From Gemmatimonadota bacterium (GTDB lineage Bacteria; Gemmatimonadota; Gemmatimonadetes; Gemmatimonadales; GWC2-71-9), in NCBI GenBank assembly GCA_039588295.1, contig JBDHAB010000001.1, positions 384,001 to 448,000 on the forward strand: DNA of 64,000 bases, given 5' to 3'. The notes under the pieces are model-generated. The model worked only from the letters and a program-made list of their open reading frames with translations. It did no database searches and was not told where the DNA came from. Below, piece by piece: positions 58,510 to 64,000 of the stretch (positions are counted from its first letter, which is position 1; each line of letters opens with the position of its first letter). A program made the position numbers and the translations under genes.

Positions 58510-58598
58510 CGCTAACGTGCAGCGCGGCCGCACACAGGAGATACACTGCTCGGCAGCGCTAGGGCAACTGCCGGTCTCCCCTGCAAATGGCGGTCACC
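58510..58598 (-). mobile_element. Degenerate attC-like site
   Basis: Stop TAA-A-GGTGACC-GCCAT-TTGCAGGGG ... GCTGCAC-GTTAGCG. Confidence 0.5.
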
Positions 58599-58599
58599 T

Positions 58600-58953
58600 T
58601 TACACGCTCATCGCCTTCGGTCGTGCATGCCGTGACTGATAGATGCCGAGCTTGCCGCCGCCCGGCAGGGTCAGGCGCGTGATCAAGCCCCAACTCTCGG
58701 TCTGCACGGGGCTGCTCGTGATGCCGTATTTCTTCATTTCCGCGGTGAACGCCTCGACATCGTCGCACATCAGATAGAACTCGTGCACGTCGTTCTGTTC
58801 GGATGGATGTACTGCAACCTCCGCCGGTGGCAATCCGAAGATCAGCCAGCCGCCGCCCACATCGACATTCGTCAGCTTGAGTACGTCCCGCAGAAAGGCG
58901 CGGTCGGCATCCGGATTCGTGCTGTAGATGATTGAATGCGCACCGATGATCAT
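58600..58953 (-). CDS. VOC family (extradiol dioxygenase-like) protein
   Basis: MIIGAH.IIYS....ADRAF.RDVL, GWLIFGLPP.EVAVHP, LMCDD. Confidence 0.88.
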   Translation of the reverse strand: MIIGAHSIIYSTNPDADRAFLRDVLKLTNVDVGGGWLIFGLPPAEVAVHPSEQNDVHEFYLMCDDVEAFTAEMKKYGITSSPVQTESWGLITRLTLPGGGKLGIYQSRHARPKAMSV

Positions 58954-59229
58954 GGTAGCTGTTCCTCCACTATCGGCACCATGTTGCTGACAGATCCGGT
59001 GGTGTCTCGCTCCAACCTTGGGGTGTCATGCGAGGTCATAGTCGAGTGTAAGCGTGTGCCGGCCGCAACGGGCTGGCGCGGGGGCAGGGACGATTGCATC
59101 GCGTAGCGAAGCATGTCACTGTCCAGCGAAGGTTTCCATCTCAACCAGAAGCTCGGGAAACACGAGAGGGTTGACGCCGAGCAAAGACTGGGGAGGACGG
59201 GTCCGCGCCTCTCCATTTCACAAGGACGC

Positions 59230-60015
59230 TCATGATCGCCGGTTCAGGATTTCTTTGCGCAGGATGTTCCTGAACCGCCCCTTGCTCACGTAATGATCGG
59301 ACAGCAGCTTGCCGTTCCACACCAGGTTAAAGACACCGTAATAGGAAGGAGCATGTTGCGCTTCTTCCGGACTGTCGAGCACCGTGACATTCAGTTCGAG
59401 TCCGTGTTCGGCCGCCATCTCTGAGAGGTCGCTCACCGACTTCGGCAGCATGGGACATTGAGCGCCGTAAACGATGTGCAGGCCCTTGTACCGTGCCAGG
59501 TTGGCGGTGATGTCGCGGAAGCGCGGTGCGGGGCCTTCTTCCAGCCGGTGAATGACAAGCTCGAACCGATCGGCCTGTGCTATCGGCTCGAATCCGTTGT
59601 TGAGAAACACTTGCCTGCCTGCCATCCACGGGCCCTCGCTCACCATCGCTGCGACCCCTCTGACGCCCACCTGTCGGGCTTCCTCTACGCAGGCTTGGAT
59701 CAAGCGGCTCCCGAGCCCGCCCACCTTTTGCCCTGCGGAATAGACCCACAGGCAATGCACAAACAGCCAGCCTTTGGCGTCCACCGGCCGCCAGGCGTAT
59801 TCGCCCGGCACGTATTCGAGGAACGCCAACGGCTTGCCCTTGCCGTCACGGAACAGCAGAAAGCGCAGGCCCTCGGCGAACCGCTCTTGTAGCCATTCGA
59901 CTTTGGGATCATGGCCAAGATGCTTCGGATTCGTGATGCAGCCGATGCCGCACGGCGCCAGGTTTCCAGGACCGACCTTTTCCAGGGTAGCCTCAGGCAT
60001 TCGTTGCTGCTTCAT
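59230..60015 (-). CDS. GNAT acetyltransferase with YoaP domain
   Basis: K..WL..RF.EGL, EYVPGEYAWRPV, HCLWV, QCP, AQ.APS.Y. Confidence 0.88.
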   Translation of the reverse strand: MKQQRMPEATLEKVGPGNLAPCGIGCITNPKHLGHDPKVEWLQERFAEGLRFLLFRDGKGKPLAFLEYVPGEYAWRPVDAKGWLFVHCLWVYSAGQKVGGLGSRLIQACVEEARQVGVRGVAAMVSEGPWMAGRQVFLNNGFEPIAQADRFELVIHRLEEGPAPRFRDITANLARYKGLHIVYGAQCPMLPKSVSDLSEMAAEHGLELNVTVLDSPEEAQHAPSYYGVFNLVWNGKLLSDHYVSKGRFRNILRKEILNRRS

Positions 60016-60016
60016 G

Positions 60017-60496
60017 CTACGTCCCGTCCTGAACCCAGGTCCAGCTCAGGAACAGCCACTTGCCTCCCTCCTTCACCAGCGTCGCCGTCCACCTCCCAGC
60101 AACAGACTGATCCACGCCCGCTCCAAACTTCATTGCTTCCCGGTAACGGAGGTGGACGATCGCCACGTCATGACGCAGCTGCACCGCAAGTGGCTCAACG
60201 TCGAACTCCGTGATCGTACCATTCGCGTAGAAACCCTCAATCATTGTTCTGATTTGTCGGCGACCCAGGGGTACATCCTGCTTGTAGTCCCAGCCTTGAA
60301 ACTCCTCATGGAAGTAGCTCATGATCTCTTCCACATCCCCTGCAATCGATACCCGGGTGTACTCATCGAGCGCCGCAAGCACCTCTTGTTGGGCCGGCGA
60401 CCATTCCTGGGCAATCAGCGACGCCGGCCTCACGACTGGAACAACGATGCTGGCCAGCACCGCACAGCCGGTGACGAGTTGTTTCATGGTACTCAT
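60017..60496 (-). CDS. Secreted NTF2/DUF4440 protein
   Basis: Signal peptide; W...Q.EV, DVAIVH, GRWT..LVKEGGKW. Confidence 0.8.
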   Translation of the reverse strand: MSTMKQLVTGCAVLASIVVPVVRPASLIAQEWSPAQQEVLAALDEYTRVSIAGDVEEIMSYFHEEFQGWDYKQDVPLGRRQIRTMIEGFYANGTITEFDVEPLAVQLRHDVAIVHLRYREAMKFGAGVDQSVAGRWTATLVKEGGKWLFLSWTWVQDGT

Positions 60497-60604
60497 GCCT
60501 CCGTCATAGACCCCCGGTGATACCGGATTCGGACCAACGGGTTGCCGCGGTTGAACGGTTCTCGGTTTTGCTGTGGGCGTCACGCCCACGGTACACGATC
60601 ATCA

Positions 60605-60699
60605 TTTCCTCGCATCAGTCTCTTGCCTTGACGCGGCAGCCGACACGCGGGCCTCCCCGAGTCGTGCGCGGCAGCGAGCTGATGAGGTGCGTGTTAGGC
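60605..60699 (-). mobile_element. attC-like site (R'' intact, R' lost)
   Basis: GCCTAAC 8 nt after stop, then ACGCACCTCATCAGCT ... GACTGATGCG. Confidence 0.5.
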
Positions 60700-60707
60700 A
60701 GCGGCGG

Positions 60708-60875
60708 TCAGGACGCCTGTTTGCCTTTGTAGACAGTGACAAGCCCCTTGATGATGAAGAAGGTCCCGAGGCCGTCAAAGAAGAGGTTGAAAAGGCTGAA
60801 ATCGCCCAAGAAGACGGATCCGCCAAAGAAGAGACCGATGGCGATCAGAACCACACCCGTGATGATATCCCGCAC
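60708..60875 (-). CDS. Small two-TM protein (55 aa)
   Basis: Not in ORF track; RBS GGGAGG, MRDIITGVVLIAIGLFFGGSVFLGDFSLFNLFFDGLGTFFIIKGLVTVYKGKQAS*. Confidence 0.75.
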   Translation of the reverse strand: MRDIITGVVLIAIGLFFGGSVFLGDFSLFNLFFDGLGTFFIIKGLVTVYKGKQAS

Positions 60876-60949
60876 TTGGAGCCCTCCCTGAGGTAGACGG
60901 TTCGTGCTATGGTTTCCGCGCTACGTCACGCTGCCGGCTGACGTCGGTA

Positions 60950-61043
60950 GCCGAACGTGCACAGTTTCCCGATGGCGCACAACCCACCGGCTTTCAGTCA
61001 GACGAACGGGCCCGTGCTCGCCAGGTCCTCACACGTGTTTGGC
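60950..61043 (-). mobile_element. Degenerate attC-like site
   Basis: GCCAAAC-ACGTG-TGAGGACCTG ... TGTGCAC-GTTCGGC. Confidence 0.45.
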
Positions 61044-61188
61044 TGCCCGTTTCGACGGCGGCGAACGAGCTCGTTGGCGATAGGCCGCTGGAATAGGAGA
61101 CGCACCACCCGCAAGCCGCGTGCTCGCTTGACGGTGGCTTGACGCACTTTCGAGACCTTGTCCGCAGGCGCCGACAAGGTGTTCCGAC

Positions 61189-63408
61189 GTGCGATTCCCG
61201 AGGCTGTTCGCTGCTCATGCGCTGACCAATACCTCAGGTCCCTTCGCGTTCGCGTGGGTCCGCAGGGCCATTCTGGCCGGGTGGTTGGCGGCGATGGTCG
61301 TGGCCGTCGGCGTCGGCGTCTTCGGATTTCGCATCGACAACTCCGTTGGGGTGTGGTTCGCGGCGGATGATCCCGCGCTCGCGGACTATCGCCGCTTTCT
61401 GACGGATTTCGGGAACCGCGAGTGGATACTCGTGGCCCTGGAGCGCCACCCTGCCAATCGTCACGCTCGGGTCGCCGGTCGGGATGCGCTGGTCGCGACG
61501 CTGGGGCAGATGGATCATGTGCACCGGGTCCTCTCGTCCTCGGACTTCCCGGAGGAAAGTGATCTCGTCCGGAAGTTCCTGAAGCCGAACACGGAGAGTC
61601 CCTACGAGGCGCTGCTGCTCCAAGTCACCAACGACATCGAGACGCAGGACGGATATCGCGAGGCGCTCGTCACCGAGATCCGGCGGGTCGCGCAGGCGTT
61701 TCCGACCATCGACAACGTACATGTTGCGGGTACGGCGGTGATCAACGGAGAGCTGAACCGTGCCGCCCGTCGGGACATGTTCCTCTTTTTCCCGGTCGTC
61801 GCCCTGTTCGTTGCCCTCTTGGGAGGCGTGATCTTCCGCAACGCGCGCGACACAGCCGTTCTGCTCAGCGTGTCGCTCGGGACGGTCGTCGGCACTGAAA
61901 GTCTTCTCATCGGCATTGGGTACCCGCTGAATATGATCACCATCATGCTGCCGACGGTGCTCATCGCCCTCTCGGTGGCCGATGCGGTTCATCTGATCCA
62001 TGCCTTTCACACCTTCCGCGCGAGCGTGGGAGACGCTGCGTCTGCCACCACCCGGGCGGTGAAGTCCATCGCCTGGCCCTGCGCCGGCACCAGTCTGACG
62101 ACCATCGCGGGTTTCCTCGCCTTCTCCGGAAGCGACGTTCTCCCGGTCTTCCAGCTGGCGGTCTTTGGTGCGGTCGGCATCGCGATGGCCTGGGTGCTGA
62201 CAATGACCGTCGCACCTGTCCTCCTCACGGTGCTGTGGCGGGAAACCCGGCGCCCGGAGCTCCCGGCTGCGGCGCTGGGGGAGCGACTCCTCGGACAGTG
62301 GTGGCGGTTTGCCGACCGGCACCCCCGCTGGATCGTTGCCGCGTTCTCGGTGGCAGCTGTCTTGTTGGTCGGCTTGGTGTCGTTGCGGGCCGATACGGAC
62401 TACGTGAAGTTCTTCCGATCCGGGACCAGGGTTCCACAGGACTACCAGGTGCTCCAGCGGGAGGGATTTCCCCAGAACCCACTCAACCTCGTACTCCGGT
62501 TGCCGGCGGGCGAATCCCCCCTCTCGCCGGAGTACTTGAGTCCCCTGCGGTCGTTTGCCAGCAGCTTGGAGACGCTTCCCGGTGTGCAATCGGTGCTGTC
62601 TCCGTTCGTCATGGCGAACGCGCCGGCTGCCATGGGCGACCAAGCGGCGAGCCACGGCGGCATGCTCTCCCGCCAGTCGGACCAGCTGCAGTTCGTCGTG
62701 ATGATGGATCACACGAGCAGCCAAGAACTCTTCAAGCTGCTCCCGGAGATTCGGGCGTTGGCCCGGCGAGTCCTTCCGTCCGAAATGCGCCTGATCCCCA
62801 CCGGGACCTCTCTCCTCTGGGCCCGCATGGACGACGGTGTCATCCGCACACAGAGGCAATCGTTGCTCATCGTGTCCGTGGTGTGCTTCGGCATTCTCGC
62901 CGTGCTGTTCCGCTCTCTCTGGTTGGCCGCGCTCGGTCTGGTGTTCAGCCTTTATCCGGTGGCCATGGTCCTGGGTCTGATGGGCCTGTGGCGTATCCCG
63001 GTGAACATCGCGACGGTGCTCATCGCCGGGATCGCTGTAGGGCTCGCCGTGGACGACACGATCCACGTCGTCCACACGTTCCAGGAGCTGCGCCGGCGGG
63101 GCATGGACCGCAGCAAAGCCTGTGAGGAGACCCTGGTCGCGGTGGGTCTGCGGATGGTGATGACGTCGTGCATTCTGGTGGGGTCGTTCGCCATCATGGG
63201 GCTCTCCGACTTCATGCCCACCTCGCAGTTCGGGCTTCTCAGCTCGCTCACCATCGTGCTGGCCCTCGCGGCGGACGCGACGCTTCTCCCCGTCGTTCTG
63301 GCGTGGCGCCGTCGAGAACCCGCTGGACAGCGCCGCACCGATCGCGCACTGGCGGAGACCGTCGATGCCGACCCCGGGCTCTCGAGCCCAACTGCATGGG
63401 GAGGCTGA
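61189..63408 (+). CDS. MMPL/RND family transporter
   Basis: Two repeats of TM + loop + TM bundle; ALSVADAVH, TSLTTIAGF, GLAVDDTIH. Confidence 0.9.
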   Translation: MRFPRLFAAHALTNTSGPFAFAWVRRAILAGWLAAMVVAVGVGVFGFRIDNSVGVWFAADDPALADYRRFLTDFGNREWILVALERHPANRHARVAGRDALVATLGQMDHVHRVLSSSDFPEESDLVRKFLKPNTESPYEALLLQVTNDIETQDGYREALVTEIRRVAQAFPTIDNVHVAGTAVINGELNRAARRDMFLFFPVVALFVALLGGVIFRNARDTAVLLSVSLGTVVGTESLLIGIGYPLNMITIMLPTVLIALSVADAVHLIHAFHTFRASVGDAASATTRAVKSIAWPCAGTSLTTIAGFLAFSGSDVLPVFQLAVFGAVGIAMAWVLTMTVAPVLLTVLWRETRRPELPAAALGERLLGQWWRFADRHPRWIVAAFSVAAVLLVGLVSLRADTDYVKFFRSGTRVPQDYQVLQREGFPQNPLNLVLRLPAGESPLSPEYLSPLRSFASSLETLPGVQSVLSPFVMANAPAAMGDQAASHGGMLSRQSDQLQFVVMMDHTSSQELFKLLPEIRALARRVLPSEMRLIPTGTSLLWARMDDGVIRTQRQSLLIVSVVCFGILAVLFRSLWLAALGLVFSLYPVAMVLGLMGLWRIPVNIATVLIAGIAVGLAVDDTIHVVHTFQELRRRGMDRSKACEETLVAVGLRMVMTSCILVGSFAIMGLSDFMPTSQFGLLSSLTIVLALAADATLLPVVLAWRRREPAGQRRTDRALAETVDADPGLSSPTAWGG

Positions 63409-63409
63409 C

Positions 63410-64000
63410 ATGACGGACCCCTGGACCGGATCCACTTCCTATGCGGCCTACTGCCGCCCGAAGCTCTCGGGCCTCCTCGAGAGCCTGGGCCTCAATGTGG
63501 TGTTCACCAAGGCCCGGGGAGCCTACTTGTACGTGAGGGATGATGACGGGAACGAGGTGAGGGTGCTGGACCTCGTCGGTGGGTTCGGAGCCGGACTGCT
63601 GGGGCATAACAACCCCGAACTGAAAGAGCTTCTCAAGTCCGAGCTGGATGCGGACGTTCCGTTTCTCGTCCAGAGCTCCGAGCGTCGGGAAGCGGGCCGA
63701 CTGGCCGAAAAGCTCAACCGGGTGCTGCCGACCCGAACGCGATACCTGTGTCACCTGACCAATAGCGGCGCTGAGGCCGTCGAGGCGGCTTTGAAGCACG
63801 CGTACAAGGTGCGGTTCGATGCTCTCCGACGTCAGTTCGATCGCATCTCGCGGGACATCGAGCGGTTCTTCCACGCAACGGAGAGGGACCACCCGGACAT
63901 CGAGATTCCGGGACACGACCGGGACCTCGGCAAGTTCCGTGACGATCTGGACGAACACAACCTTGCCCAATTCGAGCGCTTTCGGCAGAGGCCCGTGGTG
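63410..64000 (+). CDS. Class III PLP-dependent aminotransferase (runs off right edge)
   Basis: Not in ORF track; YC.PKL..LL..LGL.V.F.KA.GAYLY, VLDLVGGFG..LLGHN.P, TNSGAEAVEAALKHA. Confidence 0.88.
   Translation, partial: MTDPWTGSTSYAAYCRPKLSGLLESLGLNVVFTKARGAYLYVRDDDGNEVRVLDLVGGFGAGLLGHNNPELKELLKSELDADVPFLVQSSERREAGRLAEKLNRVLPTRTRYLCHLTNSGAEAVEAALKHAYKVRFDALRRQFDRISRDIERFFHATERDHPDIEIPGHDRDLGKFRDDLDEHNLAQFERFRQRPVV

Noticed and set aside
58960..59225. Further attC or ncRNA in this spacer
   Set aside because: Only partial box-like words, and no complementary arms I could verify
61234..63435. 733-aa minus-strand ORF
   Set aside because: Antisense shadow of the MMPL gene; no motifs, expected in high-GC DNA
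1..64000. CRISPR array, tRNA/rRNA, transposase, integrase, toxin-antitoxin or phage genes
   Set aside because: No regularly spaced identical repeats, cloverleaf or recognisable motifs seen; the intergenic repeats are divergent inverted repeats, not CRISPR

Overview
High-GC bacterial DNA; the gene content is suggestive of Gemmatimonadota (inference only). From ~1.7 kb to ~60.9 kb about 75 mostly short, functionally unrelated genes lie on the minus strand: GNATs, DinB proteins, NTF2/SnoaL, VOC, SAM methyltransferases, peptidases, serine hydrolases and small membrane or lipoproteins. Only a PadR regulator, a DUF4382/Ig lipoprotein and the terminal MMPL plus class III aminotransferase genes are on the plus strand. 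Main signals beyond routine annotation: (1) degenerate integron attC-like sites between the genes, best preserved at 50.9-61.0 kb and fading leftwards, with no integrase in the window and many gene remnants, consistent with a fossil cassette array; (2) a Trp attenuator upstream of a stand-alone trpB2, with a sigma70 promoter, an apparently leaderless WWAWWW peptide and mutually exclusive antiterminator/terminator helices; (3) a coupled ECF sigma / CBM48 anti-sigma / secreted protein / CBM48 outer-membrane protein operon; (4) operator palindromes at the PadR and SPFH-Arc promoters, a tiny dihaem lipoprotein and a tandem pair of uncharacterised paralogues. I saw no rRNA, tRNA, CRISPR array or transposase. 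All family calls come from motif recognition by eye, not database searches.
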